DNA of 64,000 nucleotides from an uncultured Candidatus Saccharibacteria bacterium (GCA_964444615.1 CAYUHY010000002.1:4469-68468), one strand, 5' to 3'; counted from the stretch's first letter, positions 9,398-19,646 are shown. Translations and numbers: made by a program. The notes: generated by a model from the letters alone, not told the origin.

Positions 9398-9648
9398 GAA
9401 TAAACTCCTCGATTTCATAACCTCAGCTAATTGCTAGACGAATTGGCGATGAGTTTTTGAAATCTTAATCTTAAAATTAATAATTATCTTGATTATACCA
9501 TAGTCAAGTTTTTTGCACAAGTGCGTCAAATCATGTGATTGTGCTAAATTGTTTGAAAAGTCAAATCTAGTGTAATCTTGTCAGGTTTGATTGCGATTAG
9601 AAAGTCAAATTTAGGCACTTGAGCAGTAGTTTATGTTATAATAGCATC

Positions 9649-10965
9649 ATGAAGAAGTTTAATACTGCGCCGATTAGTGGCATGCAAGAGTTGTTGCCAA
9701 ATTTGCAGACTGAATTTAACCGTCTGAAATCAGAGATTGCGGCGGTTTTTGGGGCGCATGGCTTCCAGAATATTGAAACGCCTACGATTGAACGGACTGA
9801 TATCTTGCTAGCTAAGGCGGGCGGTGAGACCGAGAAACAGATTTATAAAGTTGTCAAGACCGCGGAGGCTAATGATAGCGCCGATCAAGCGTTGCGTTTT
9901 GACCACACCGTTCCTTTGGCACGCTACGTCGTAGAACACATGAATGACCTAGTATTCCCCTTTAAGGTCTCCCAGATTGGCCGTAACTTTCGGGGAGAGC
10001 GGGCGCAAAAAGGCCGTTTTCGGGAATTTTATCAGTGCGATGTAGATGTAATTGGTTGGCAAAATCTTCCAGTGGCTTATGATGCGGAGGTGATTGATAC
10101 TTTGGCGGCGGCTTTGCAAGTCTTGCCTTTGCCGAGTTTCGCAGTGAGAATTAGCAACCGCAAGTTGCTGACGGGATTATTGCAAGAGTTATCTCTGCAA
10201 GACCAAGCGGAGCAGATTTTGGGGATTATCGACCATGCAGAAAAAGTACCACCCGAAACTACGGTGGCTTGCCTGCGAGATTTAGGTCTCAGCGAGGGTG
10301 CTTTAGAGAAGCTTACGCGTTTTATGAAAATCAATGGTAAGCTTGATGCAGTGATTAGTCAATTAGAGAGCCTAAGTATTAGCAACGAGGTTTTCCGGGA
10401 TGGAGTCGCAGAGCTCAGAACTGTTTTGTCAGTACTGGAGCCAAGAGCGAATTCCCGCTTGCAATTTGTAGCCGATTTGCTGATTGTGCGGGGTTTGGAT
10501 TATTACACGGGCACCGTATTTGAGACGATTTGCCCGGAGTATCGCCAGATTGGCTCAGTTTGTAGTGGCGGACGTTATGATAACTTAGCGCAAAATTATA
10601 CCGATCAATCTTTGCCGGGGGTAGGTGGATCGATTGGCTTGACTAGGCTTTTCTACATTCTTAATGAATATAAGTTAATTAACGCCAGCAGCCTAAAAAC
10701 TCTGGATGTTTGCATTGCGCCAATTACGAGCGCCGAGATTGTGGCGGCCAAAAACTTAGCAGATCAGCTGCGCGCGAAAAGTTACCGGGTCGATATTATT
10801 CTCACTGACAAAAAACTCGGTGATAAGATTAAATACGCTAGCAAAGTTGCCGATCACCTCATTATTATTGGGGAAACCGAGGCAAAATCAGGTAATTTTG
10901 TAATAAAAAATCTAGTTACGGGCGAAGAACAACCGCTTCAAGATTGGTTGAAGAGTAATATTTAG
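9649..10965 (+). CDS. hisS: Histidine--tRNA ligase (class II)
   Basis: Motifs FRGERAQKGRFREFYQCDVDVIG and GGRYDNL, plus a C-terminal anticodon-binding domain. ATG 9649 lies 6 nt after TGTTATAAT. The upstream track codons are promoter read-through. Confidence 0.85.
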   Translation: MKKFNTAPISGMQELLPNLQTEFNRLKSEIAAVFGAHGFQNIETPTIERTDILLAKAGGETEKQIYKVVKTAEANDSADQALRFDHTVPLARYVVEHMNDLVFPFKVSQIGRNFRGERAQKGRFREFYQCDVDVIGWQNLPVAYDAEVIDTLAAALQVLPLPSFAVRISNRKLLTGLLQELSLQDQAEQILGIIDHAEKVPPETTVACLRDLGLSEGALEKLTRFMKINGKLDAVISQLESLSISNEVFRDGVAELRTVLSVLEPRANSRLQFVADLLIVRGLDYYTGTVFETICPEYRQIGSVCSGGRYDNLAQNYTDQSLPGVGGSIGLTRLFYILNEYKLINASSLKTLDVCIAPITSAEIVAAKNLADQLRAKSYRVDIILTDKKLGDKIKYASKVADHLIIIGETEAKSGNFVIKNLVTGEEQPLQDWLKSNI

Positions 10966-11069
10966 CTGCTTATTGAGTGGTTTGGCGTCTTGTTTTTGAC
11001 TGAGGAGATTTTGTCTATTAAATACTTTTTGTTAAGCTAATCCAGCAGCTTTATGAGAAAATTGATGGA

Positions 11070-11786
11070 TCATTTTCCGAGCCCAGCGTCAAGGTAACGC
11101 TTGACATAGTCCCAGCCCCAGCTATTATCAAAACCGGAAGTAGTAAAACGTCCAAACTTAAAGGTTGGCATTCCATCGGCAAAGCGAGAAGCTTTCTCGG
11201 TGTTAGCTATAATCTCGTCGACCGTTTCATGATTAGCAATGCACTGATCGAAACGCTCACCTAATCCCACTTCATGACCAATTTTTTGCCAATAATCATC
11301 TGGCATAGATTTAATTGGTGTAGCGGTCTTGCTGGAGCCAATACCCTTGGAATGATAATCTTCCCATAGGCTAGTGATGGCGGCATGATAATATTCCCAG
11401 AATTTATCTTCATGCATGGCGCAATAGGTAGCTTCGGCAGCGTCGCGCGAGGCCGCAATCTGATTGCCCTCGTACAGAGTGTCGGTCAAGCGAACTTCGA
11501 AGAGAATATCATTTTCTGCAAGGTAGGTCTTAAATTCATCCCAATGCTCCAGGACCAAGCGCGAGAACACATCGCAATAAGGACACATCAGATCAGTGTA
11601 CATAATATAGGCATTTTTAGCCTGCATGTCTCCGACCGTGGTCGCCTCGTTCCAGACTTGGTCGCCGGCGGCAGGCCGAGAAGTTAGGCTCACTACAATT
11701 AGAGATACAAACGCAATTACTACACCTACGATTGCAATGGTGCGCCAAATCCTCGCCTTACTGTTTTTCTGCTCGTATTCTTCCAT
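11070..11786 (-). CDS. DsbA/thioredoxin-fold thiol:disulfide oxidoreductase, membrane-anchored
   Basis: 238 aa with an N-terminal TM helix and a CPYC active-site motif (YTDLMCPYCDVF). Confidence 0.65.
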   Translation of the reverse strand: MEEYEQKNSKARIWRTIAIVGVVIAFVSLIVVSLTSRPAAGDQVWNEATTVGDMQAKNAYIMYTDLMCPYCDVFSRLVLEHWDEFKTYLAENDILFEVRLTDTLYEGNQIAASRDAAEATYCAMHEDKFWEYYHAAITSLWEDYHSKGIGSSKTATPIKSMPDDYWQKIGHEVGLGERFDQCIANHETVDEIIANTEKASRFADGMPTFKFGRFTTSGFDNSWGWDYVKRYLDAGLGK

Positions 11787-12446
11787 TTATTCCTCTTTCT
11801 TAGCCCGATGCCGTTTATTATAATTTTCGCTCAATGCCATGACGTAAGTCTCTTTGCCGATGCGTTTCAGCGTAAACAGAGCCAGCAAAACAGCACCAAT
11901 CGTGAGAACGCCAGAAATTACACCGGCCAACATATAGCTACTAGAGCTAAAAACTGCACCCAAAACCGGCATCAGTAAAGTAGTGCCGCAAGTGGGGCAG
12001 CCCGACCCTAGTACTGCGAGCCCTGCGACTAACCCAGCGCTTTGTAAATTGTCGGCGTTTTGCATGCCAGCTAGGAGATTCTCGCGACGGTTTTTGCGTT
12101 TTTTCTGCCAAACCAAGACTACCAGGCCAATCAAAACGCTTTGCAGTAAAGTAATCAAAAAGAGCGGCAGCCAATCCCAAAAACTGCGCCCCACACCGAA
12201 AATTCCCAAAAAACTATCACCAATAATCCGGAGTTTCCCCGGCAAATCAGTAGCCCAGAATAAATTCAAAGCCGCAGTGCTGCTAGCCAAAAGACTCATC
12301 AAAGTGCCAAAGATAACAAAGGTGATCAGCATGACCGCCAAAAACTTACCACTACGCGTAGCTAATGCGATCCCCGACAGAGCCATTTTCCATTCATCCA
12401 GCCAGCGGTCCAAGCGTGCACCGATTTTTTTGCCTCCATGTGTCAT
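11787..12446 (-). CDS. Polytopic membrane protein with CPTC motif (possible redox partner of the adjacent DsbA-like protein)
   Basis: 219 aa. GSGCPTCG lies at a helix boundary. Its stop abuts the DsbA-like start (TAAATG). ATG 12446 lies 6 nt after TGTGTTATAAT. Confidence 0.5.
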   Translation of the reverse strand: MTHGGKKIGARLDRWLDEWKMALSGIALATRSGKFLAVMLITFVIFGTLMSLLASSTAALNLFWATDLPGKLRIIGDSFLGIFGVGRSFWDWLPLFLITLLQSVLIGLVVLVWQKKRKNRRENLLAGMQNADNLQSAGLVAGLAVLGSGCPTCGTTLLMPVLGAVFSSSSYMLAGVISGVLTIGAVLLALFTLKRIGKETYVMALSENYNKRHRAKKEE

Positions 12447-12770
12447 GGACTAATTATAACACAGCTGAAATGATTCTGGCTGATTTCTTAATGTTTTGGC
12501 CAGATTTTTCTGAGATGTTTGGAAATTAGTTATAGAAGAAATAGTAGCGGGTGGATTATTGACAAGAGGGATAGCGATAAACGTATTATTGGCAGAAGAC
12601 TTTGCAAACAAAAACTTTGCTTCACGCAGTCATAGCTACCCTACATATTTCTATTGTATCACACATTGTGATTTTTGTCAATAGGCTAGTGTTCGGTTTT
12701 TGGAATTTTACAGAGGTAGTTGTGTAAAACTTCATTTTATTTTTGTGCATATTTTAGCAAAAAATCAATA

Positions 12771-12798
12771 TTGACGACAAACACGAGCGTGATATAAT
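12771..12798 (+). promoter_or_regulatory. Promoter of a candidate small RNA
   Basis: TTGACG (12771-12776), 16-nt spacer, TGATATAAT (-10 hexamer 12793-12798). Confidence 0.5.
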
Positions 12799-12804
12799 GG
12801 AAGT

Positions 12805-12920
12805 AGGTTCGGACGAAATCTGACGTTGAGGGTCGCCCGAGCAAGAAAATAAAATTAATCGCATGGTGGTTTAGATGCGTTATAAAGTTTAAAATCCTGC
12901 TATGTTTAGCAGGATTTTTG
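12805..12920 (+). ncRNA. Candidate ~115-nt small RNA (unknown family)
   Basis: It is bounded by the promoter above and a clean terminator (AATCCTGCT-ATGTTT-AGCAGGATT + TTTTG, 12893-12920). It contains no ORF longer than 8 codons. It lies in a 716-bp ORF-free gap, and the next gene is on the opposite strand. Confidence 0.4.
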
Positions 12921-13168
12921 TCGGATTCGGGGAGCTGGGGCGGATCTTTGATTTTTTATTGGGCAGCAGAGACCTGGGAGCGAGTTTTCTATTTTCATTG
13001 AGTGGCTACAATCTAGACGAATCCCCTGGAGCCTATTGTTGCCTATTCGATGTCGGTTTTATATTTTGCGTGAGCCTGTAGTAGATTTGAGTACTCGTAG
13101 ATCTCGCTGAGTATTATGACAAAAAATGACCCCTAGAGCCTAGAGGTCATGAGGTCAGTTCTTATGCA

Positions 13169-13774
13169 TTAATCTTTGCGCTTGAAAAATTCTTTGCCTA
13201 AGCCGCAGAGAGGGCAACGGTAGTCATCTGGAACTTCATCACCGTAGTAAATATAACCACAAGCGGTGCAAACCCAAGCGGTTTTTTGCTGCTCGGTGTC
13301 GACTTTGGTCAATTCGTCTTTGTGTTCCTGGTAATATTCGTAGCTCATAGGGCGGGTCTGATCGTCAAAAATGTCACCTTCAATTAGCTTGCCGATGAAA
13401 ATCGTGTGAGTGTCGTTTTCGATAGCGTCGATTTTTTCTAGAATCATGTAGCCGAGCGAATCTTCGATCACCTGTAGCCCCTCGACGTCGTGAGTTTTGG
13501 CCTTCGCGAGCTTGTCGATATCGCGCGAAGAATGAAAGCCAAAAGTCGTAATGAGCTCAGGGTCTGCGTTTTCACCCAAGACTGATAGAGCAAATTTTTG
13601 ATTTTGTTGCAGGAGTTGATTGCTGTGATTCCCCTTTCCGACCGAAACTGCGATTAGGGGTTGGTCATCTTTGGCGCCGACGCGCGCTACGGCATCCACG
13701 ACGCAGCCGCCGCCTTTGCTGGTGAGAATATACATTCCTTGGGTAATTTTGCGGGTAATCTTGGCGTTTTTCAT
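13169..13774 (-). CDS. Flavin reductase-like domain fused to a C-terminal rubredoxin (high-molecular-weight rubredoxin type)
   Basis: 201 aa. The C-terminus has WVCTACGYIYYGDEVPDDYRCPLCG, i.e. two CxxC rubredoxin knuckles. The N-terminal ~150 aa resemble an FMN-binding split barrel. Confidence 0.65.
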   Translation of the reverse strand: MKNAKITRKITQGMYILTSKGGGCVVDAVARVGAKDDQPLIAVSVGKGNHSNQLLQQNQKFALSVLGENADPELITTFGFHSSRDIDKLAKAKTHDVEGLQVIEDSLGYMILEKIDAIENDTHTIFIGKLIEGDIFDDQTRPMSYEYYQEHKDELTKVDTEQQKTAWVCTACGYIYYGDEVPDDYRCPLCGLGKEFFKRKD

Positions 13775-14045
13775 CTTTAGCTTGTCCTCAATATTTTATA
13801 TCTATATATTATACTCGTATTTGCAAAAAGTACCAAGACTTTTAGTGGAATTGTGGAGTATATTCTGGTGGACTGGTTATTATTATTGAAATGCAAGCTG
13901 TGAAAATCCTCTCCATGCGGCTAAGATGGAAATTCCCTATTCGAAACTTAAAGCAGGACAAAAATTGGGAGATTACGAAAATTCTTTCTGAAAACCCTTA
14001 CATTTAAGTTTTTTATGATATAATGGTCATAAAATAAGGAGGGCT

Positions 14046-15539
14046 ATGGACCAAAATCCCCCGATGCAGGGAACACAACCAGGAAATACACCACAACCAA
14101 ATTTACAGCCGACTGCTAATACAGCCGGGGATACTGTTGCGACAGAACCAAATGTCACGCCAGTGCAAACTTTGCCTCCAGTGCAGAATCCAGAGCCTAC
14201 TAATATGCCGGCCACACCAGCGCCGGGTGCTGCCGTGACGCCTACTCCATCGAAGAAGAAAACTGGTCTCATTGTCACTATTATTATACTGTTAGTTTTG
14301 TTATTAGCAGGTGTGGGGGCTGCGGTTTGGTTCTTCTGTTTTTATAATGCCCCGGACAATGTCTCTTTTGATGCAGTACGCAATTTCCTTAATGCTAAGA
14401 GTGTGGTCGTAGATGGCGATTCTTACACGGACACTCAGTATACTGATGGTAGTCATCAGCGGGATGTGTTGACCATAAAATCCAACACAAACGATAACTC
14501 GGGTGCATCTACGATCGCTATTTCGGGTACTTTATATGACCGAGATGATGAAGAAATTGATCGTGTAGCCGATTTAACACTAGGCGCCGTGGCAATGTCG
14601 GATGGAGTGTTATACATTAAGATTGACAACATTGCAGACATGATAACAAAGGTGGTGCAAGCTAATCTTGCGTATAATAGCTCAGAAGAAGCATCGGCTG
14701 ATGCACTTGCCATAATTGATATGGTAGAGTTGGTCGAGGGCACTTGGTGGCAAATTTCTGTGCCGAATATTATTGATGAATTAAATGGCGAAATGTTGGA
14801 CCAAAAAGCAGCTGATAGCGTTAAGGAACTTTACGCTTGCGCGGTAGAAACTGCAAAAGGTAATCTTGGTGGGGAGTTAGCTGAGTTATATGGTAAGCAC
14901 AGTTTTATCAAAAGTGAAAAGGTAGCCGGTACCAAAGTTAATAATGTAGCAGCGCGTGAGGGTAGTAGTCTTTACGCAGTAAATTTTGATTACGAAGCGA
15001 TGGCCGACTTCATTAACGCAATTCCATATACCGATACCGCGAACAAGGCTTATGATTGCTACAATAAATTCTATGAAACTGTCGTCGCTTCTGACGAAAA
15101 AGTTTCGGCTGCAGATTTTGAAAAGGTTAATGCTGCAGATCTCGAGCAAACTTTTGGTGCTAAATTTAAGGGTCAGTTTTATCTAGAAATTACTGATTTT
15201 AGCCATCAACTGACCGGCATTTTGATGGATGCCAAAGAAGACAACCGCGAAGAGCAAGCACATTTCAGCTTTACTTATGATAAGGTTGCTGTTACGACGC
15301 CCGAAAGCTATCGTTCAATTACGGAATTGTTTGACGATTTAGCAAAATGGTCTTATGAGTTCTCTTCTGGGTCGGATAACATCGGCATTACTGTCTGGCC
15401 GAACGCTTGGACATGGGACGAGGAAGACGAAATTTGGGCAGATTCGGAAGATTTTGAGTTCTGGGATGATGATTCGGACTATAATTGGGACGAAGATTGG
15501 GACGATAATACACTTGACGACGAAGATGTTTGGACATAA
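14046..15539 (+). CDS. Hypothetical membrane-anchored protein (Pro/Thr-rich N-terminus, one TM, acidic Asp/Trp-rich C-terminus)
   Basis: 497-aa ORF with AAGGAGGG RBS. I recognise no family. Confidence 0.55.
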   Translation: MDQNPPMQGTQPGNTPQPNLQPTANTAGDTVATEPNVTPVQTLPPVQNPEPTNMPATPAPGAAVTPTPSKKKTGLIVTIIILLVLLLAGVGAAVWFFCFYNAPDNVSFDAVRNFLNAKSVVVDGDSYTDTQYTDGSHQRDVLTIKSNTNDNSGASTIAISGTLYDRDDEEIDRVADLTLGAVAMSDGVLYIKIDNIADMITKVVQANLAYNSSEEASADALAIIDMVELVEGTWWQISVPNIIDELNGEMLDQKAADSVKELYACAVETAKGNLGGELAELYGKHSFIKSEKVAGTKVNNVAAREGSSLYAVNFDYEAMADFINAIPYTDTANKAYDCYNKFYETVVASDEKVSAADFEKVNAADLEQTFGAKFKGQFYLEITDFSHQLTGILMDAKEDNREEQAHFSFTYDKVAVTTPESYRSITELFDDLAKWSYEFSSGSDNIGITVWPNAWTWDEEDEIWADSEDFEFWDDDSDYNWDEDWDDNTLDDEDVWT

Positions 15540-15568
15540 TATATAAGTATAAAGGATAAACGAAATTC

Positions 15569-16924
15569 ATGGGCTTTTTCTCTAAAACAGTGAATGCGAC
15601 TAAGGCAAAAGTGAAGGCGGCAGCGCAAGCCGTTCGTTCTACTGATGCAGAAGAAGTACCCCGCGAAGTGGAAGCAGAATTAAATCTGAAGCGTAGCGAT
15701 GATACGATTCTAGCACTGGATATCGGAACGGAATTCGTCAAAGTACTGATTGCCAAACAAAACAAGGACAGTGATTTAGAAATTATCGGAGTCGGAAAGG
15801 CACATCAAGATAGCAGTAATATGTATGCGGGCGCAATTGCGGATATTCCAGCAGTAGTGGGGGTTTGTGAACGTGCGCTCAATCAAGCGGAAAAGATGGC
15901 AGGAGTGACCAGTCGTTTGGCGGTAGTCGGTATTGCAGGCGAATTAATCAAAGGTAATACATCTACGGTGCGTTATCGTCGTCAGAATGGTAATAAGCCG
16001 TTGACGGAACAAGAAATGGCTTTGATTATTAAGCGGGTACAGGAACGCGCTGGTGAACGGGCACGCAAAGAAATTGCAGACGAGACAAATAATCCTAGCG
16101 TAGAAGTGCGTTTAATTAATTCGGCGATTGTTTCTATTTCTATTGATGGTTATAAGATTTCTAATCCGATTGGTTTTAAGGGGACGGATATTGTAATTCA
16201 GTTTTACACAGCTTTTGCACCTTTGGTACATATTTCTGCGATCGAAAAAGTTTGTGCGGAGTTGTCATTAGATCTCTTAGCAGTGGCAGTAGAGCCTTTT
16301 GCAGTCTGCCGGGCTTGTTTGGGTAATGATCTAGATGGCAATCTTTCGGCAATCGTAATGGATATTGGCGGTGGCACTACTGACATTGCGGTGATTGATG
16401 ATGGTGGCGTCGAAGGCACGAAAATGTTTGGCATTGGTGGGCGTAGTTTTACGCATCAGATTGCGGAAGCTTTGAATGTAGATTTTGATACGGCAGAAAA
16501 GTACAAACTTAGCATCAACAATCCGACTAAAGTCCCAGCGGACATGCGTGACAAAATGCTACTAGCAGTGCAGAGAAATCTTGCCGTGTGGCTGTCAGGT
16601 GTGCAAATTACTTTGGAAGAATTCCAACTTAGTGAGATGTTGCCTAATAAGATTTTCCTTTGTGGTGGCGGCGCGGGATTAAGCGAGCTCCAAGATGTCT
16701 TAAGTACAACCGATTGGTTTAAGGAATTGCCTTTTGCGCGGCGCCCAGTGATTCACCTAGTAAATTCGGCTGATCTGCCAGGCATCGCTAATAAAACCAG
16801 CACTGTCTTGGATCATTCTTATGTCACAGCTTTGGGATTGTTAAGAGTAGCCCTTGATACTTTGGCTGGTGCGCCTGAAGAAAGTGGCGTGCGCGGGAAG
16901 TTGGCGAAATTATTACAAAATTAA
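15569..16924 (+). CDS. Actin-like ATPase, FtsA-like cell-division protein
   Basis: Phosphate-1 motif LALDIGTEFVKV and phosphate-2 motif MDIGGGTTDIAV, plus CGGGAGL. 451 aa. Confidence 0.6.
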   Translation: MGFFSKTVNATKAKVKAAAQAVRSTDAEEVPREVEAELNLKRSDDTILALDIGTEFVKVLIAKQNKDSDLEIIGVGKAHQDSSNMYAGAIADIPAVVGVCERALNQAEKMAGVTSRLAVVGIAGELIKGNTSTVRYRRQNGNKPLTEQEMALIIKRVQERAGERARKEIADETNNPSVEVRLINSAIVSISIDGYKISNPIGFKGTDIVIQFYTAFAPLVHISAIEKVCAELSLDLLAVAVEPFAVCRACLGNDLDGNLSAIVMDIGGGTTDIAVIDDGGVEGTKMFGIGGRSFTHQIAEALNVDFDTAEKYKLSINNPTKVPADMRDKMLLAVQRNLAVWLSGVQITLEEFQLSEMLPNKIFLCGGGAGLSELQDVLSTTDWFKELPFARRPVIHLVNSADLPGIANKTSTVLDHSYVTALGLLRVALDTLAGAPEESGVRGKLAKLLQN

Positions 16925-16936
16925 ATTCTGTTGATT

Positions 16937-18154
16937 ATGAATCGTGTCCCTCTTGCTGAACGTATGCGCCCGCAAAGTCTTGATGAAGTGATTGGTCAGG
17001 ACGAGATTATTGGTGATGGCAAAATTTTGACAGAAATTGTCAAAAAAGGCGAGCCAGTGAATTTGATTTTTTGGGGTCCTCCGGGCACCGGTAAAACTAC
17101 TTTGGCACGAATTCTTGCTCGCGAATATAAAGCGGATTTTGTGGAGCTTTCGGCGGTCACGGCTAAGAAAAAGGATATTGAAGACGTGGTGGAGCGCGCG
17201 AAAGTGAATTGGAATCTGAAGACTCGCACCGTGTTATTTGTGGATGAAATTCATCGTTTCAATAAAGCTCAGCAGGATGCCTTTTTGCCACATGTCGAAT
17301 CGGGTTTGATTATTCTAATTGGTGCGACGACAGAGAATCCGAGTTTTGAAGTAATCTCGCCATTAATCTCACGTTCTCGCGTAGTGATTGTTTCCCCGCT
17401 GAGTCGCGATGATATTATTAAAGTGCTTCAGCGCGCAGTGGAAGCGGAAAAGGTGACGGACCGCGTCGACGAAGAGGCGATTAAGTTAATCGCTGAGCTC
17501 AGTGGCGGAGATGCACGCTCCGCTCTGGGCGACCTCGAGCTCGCGCTTAGTTTGGGCGAAAAAGTCACTGCAGAAACTGTGAAAACTGCAACTGGCAAGA
17601 AATTACCAATTTACGACAAAAGTGGCGATTATCATTACGACAATATTTCTGCTTTTATTAAGTCGATGCGAGGAAGCGATGTTGATGCGACTTTGTATTA
17701 CCTTGCGCGTATGGTGATTAGCGGCGAGGATCCTAAATTCATTGCTCGACGCATGGTAATTTTTGCTTCTGAGGACATTGGTTTAGCTGGAAATGGTGCG
17801 CTGAATTTGGCGTTGAGTTGCTTCCAAGCTATTGAGCGCGTAGGTATGCCGGAGGGAGAAATCATCCTCTCTCATGTTGCGGTAGTTCTAGCAAAAGCTC
17901 ACAAAAGTCGCGAGACTTATGATGGTTGGACGCGAGCAAAACAAGTCGCGGCCATGACGATGGGCTCACCGGTACCGATTCATCTGCGTAATGCGCCTAC
18001 GAAGCTGATGAAGGAGCTTGGCTATGGCAAAGGCCAAAAATGGGAAGCCGGCTTCCATCTTGATCAGAGCTATCTACCGGAAGATGCGCAAGGACAAAAG
18101 ATCTTTGGTGTTAAAACTGATTACGACCATAATAATCCTAACGCTTCTGCATAA
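16937..18154 (+). CDS. rarA: Replication-associated recombination protein A (AAA+ ATPase)
   Basis: PLAERMRPQSLDEVIGQ..., Walker A GPPGTGKTTLARILA and Walker B LFVDEIHRFNK. ATG at 16937 is preferred over TTG at 16931. Confidence 0.85.
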   Translation: MNRVPLAERMRPQSLDEVIGQDEIIGDGKILTEIVKKGEPVNLIFWGPPGTGKTTLARILAREYKADFVELSAVTAKKKDIEDVVERAKVNWNLKTRTVLFVDEIHRFNKAQQDAFLPHVESGLIILIGATTENPSFEVISPLISRSRVVIVSPLSRDDIIKVLQRAVEAEKVTDRVDEEAIKLIAELSGGDARSALGDLELALSLGEKVTAETVKTATGKKLPIYDKSGDYHYDNISAFIKSMRGSDVDATLYYLARMVISGEDPKFIARRMVIFASEDIGLAGNGALNLALSCFQAIERVGMPEGEIILSHVAVVLAKAHKSRETYDGWTRAKQVAAMTMGSPVPIHLRNAPTKLMKELGYGKGQKWEAGFHLDQSYLPEDAQGQKIFGVKTDYDHNNPNASA

Positions 18155-18205
18155 AAGTTCTTCGCGTAATTAATTTTAGTTTTATCTGTTATGGAGTGAA
18201 CTTCT

Positions 18206-18230
18206 AAATGTTGTAAAAATTACAACATTT
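18206..18230. repeat. Palindrome family copy P1 (AAATGTTGTAAAAATTACAACATTT)
   Basis: Perfect 9-bp arms with a 3-nt loop, 52 nt downstream of the rarA stop. Confidence 0.9.
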
Positions 18231-18332
18231 AGGTTAGCTAGGGTTCCTGATTAATTATCACCCGCATGCGTATTATATACCTTGCACCTCGCTCCAGACG
18301 TGCTATAATGAAAACATAATTAAGGAGTTAAT

Positions 18333-18863
18333 ATGGCGGATTTTAATAAAATTTTGCAACCAGGTGATTATGAGAATGGTGAAATCAATGTTGTAGTAGA
18401 GATTCCTACCGGTTCTAACCACAAGATTGAATGGGATCGCAAAAACGCTTGCTTTATGCTAGACCGGATTGAGCCGATGGCTTTTGCTAAGCCATGTAAT
18501 TATGGTTTTATTCCCCAGACTTTGGATGAAGATGGCGATGAGCTTGATGTATTATTGATTACAGATCAACCTCTCACGACTGGTATTTATACCAAGGCGC
18601 GCATCCTCGGCGTGATGAAGTTTGTGGATAGCGACGAAGTTGATGACAAGATTATCGCCGTAGTTGAAGATGATCGTAATAATGGTAATCATTATCAGAC
18701 GCTTGCAGATTTGCCAGAACAATTAATCAAGCAAATTGAATTCCATTTTAACCATTACAAAGACCTGAAGAAACCTGGCACTACCGAAGTCAAAGAGTTT
18801 GCGGATGCTAATGAAGCGAAAAAAGTCATTGCAGATGCAATTAAGCGTTGGAATGAGCAATAA
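18333..18863 (+). CDS. ppa: Inorganic pyrophosphatase, family I
   Basis: 176 aa. VVEIPTGSNHKIEWD and DGDELDVLL motifs. TGCTATAAT promoter and AAGGAG RBS upstream. Confidence 0.85.
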   Translation: MADFNKILQPGDYENGEINVVVEIPTGSNHKIEWDRKNACFMLDRIEPMAFAKPCNYGFIPQTLDEDGDELDVLLITDQPLTTGIYTKARILGVMKFVDSDEVDDKIIAVVEDDRNNGNHYQTLADLPEQLIKQIEFHFNHYKDLKKPGTTEVKEFADANEAKKVIADAIKRWNEQ

Positions 18864-18892
18864 TTTAATTCCTATTTGTGCAAATTGATTTT

Positions 18893-18927
18893 CTAAGAGC
18901 CCTTGTTTGTTGAGGGCTCTTAGTTTA
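18893..18927 (+). terminator. Terminator after ppa
   Basis: CTAAGAGCCC-loop-GGGCTCTTAG followed by TTTA. Confidence 0.55.
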
Positions 18928-18980
18928 CTAGGGTTAGTTTTAAGCCCGATTTTAGCTAATTAAGGTATAATAGCACTATT

Positions 18981-19643
18981 ATGAGAATACTATATGTAGA
19001 AGACGAAGAGCGTTTGGCATCGGCGGTGATTTATATGTTGAAAAAAGAGCATATCGCCGTAGACTGGACACCGGATGGCGAAGAGGGTTTGCGGATGGCG
19101 TTGAAAGGCGGCTATGATTGCATTGTACTAGACATTATGTTACCGCACTTATCTGGCACAGAAATCTTACAGACAGTGCGTCAGCATAATATCGCTACGC
19201 CGATTTTGATGCTCTCGGCTTTGGCGGAAGTAGAGGACAAAGTTAGTAATTTGGAGTCGGGTGCAGATGATTACCTTGCTAAACCATTCAAGACGGCAGA
19301 GCTGATTGCGCGGATTAAAGCGATTACACGGCGTCCACCTTTGCAGATGGATGAGGTAATTAAATTTGCTGATTTAGAATTTGATCTCAAAAATCGGACT
19401 TTGAATGGTGTTGTGCTTACTGGCAAAGAAGCGGATTTGTTTGAGCCCTTGATTCGTAATCCTGAAAAAATCCAACACAAGGAACAGTTATTAGCGCGGA
19501 CTTGGGGTAATGAGGCCTTGTCTTCGGATAATTATGTTGAAGTTTATATGAGTTATTTGCGTAAGAAATTAGAACAACTGCATTCGCACGCTACCATCAA
19601 AACCATTCGCAATTTAGGTTATAAGCTGACGGAGCGAAAGTAA
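18981..19643 (+). CDS. OmpR-family response regulator
   Basis: Receiver domain (DCIVLDIMLP, phospho-acceptor Asp) plus a winged-helix C-terminus (TIRNLGYKL). ATG lies 9 nt after TATAAT. Confidence 0.85.
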   Translation: MRILYVEDEERLASAVIYMLKKEHIAVDWTPDGEEGLRMALKGGYDCIVLDIMLPHLSGTEILQTVRQHNIATPILMLSALAEVEDKVSNLESGADDYLAKPFKTAELIARIKAITRRPPLQMDEVIKFADLEFDLKNRTLNGVVLTGKEADLFEPLIRNPEKIQHKEQLLARTWGNEALSSDNYVEVYMSYLRKKLEQLHSHATIKTIRNLGYKLTERK

Positions 19644-19646
19644 TTA

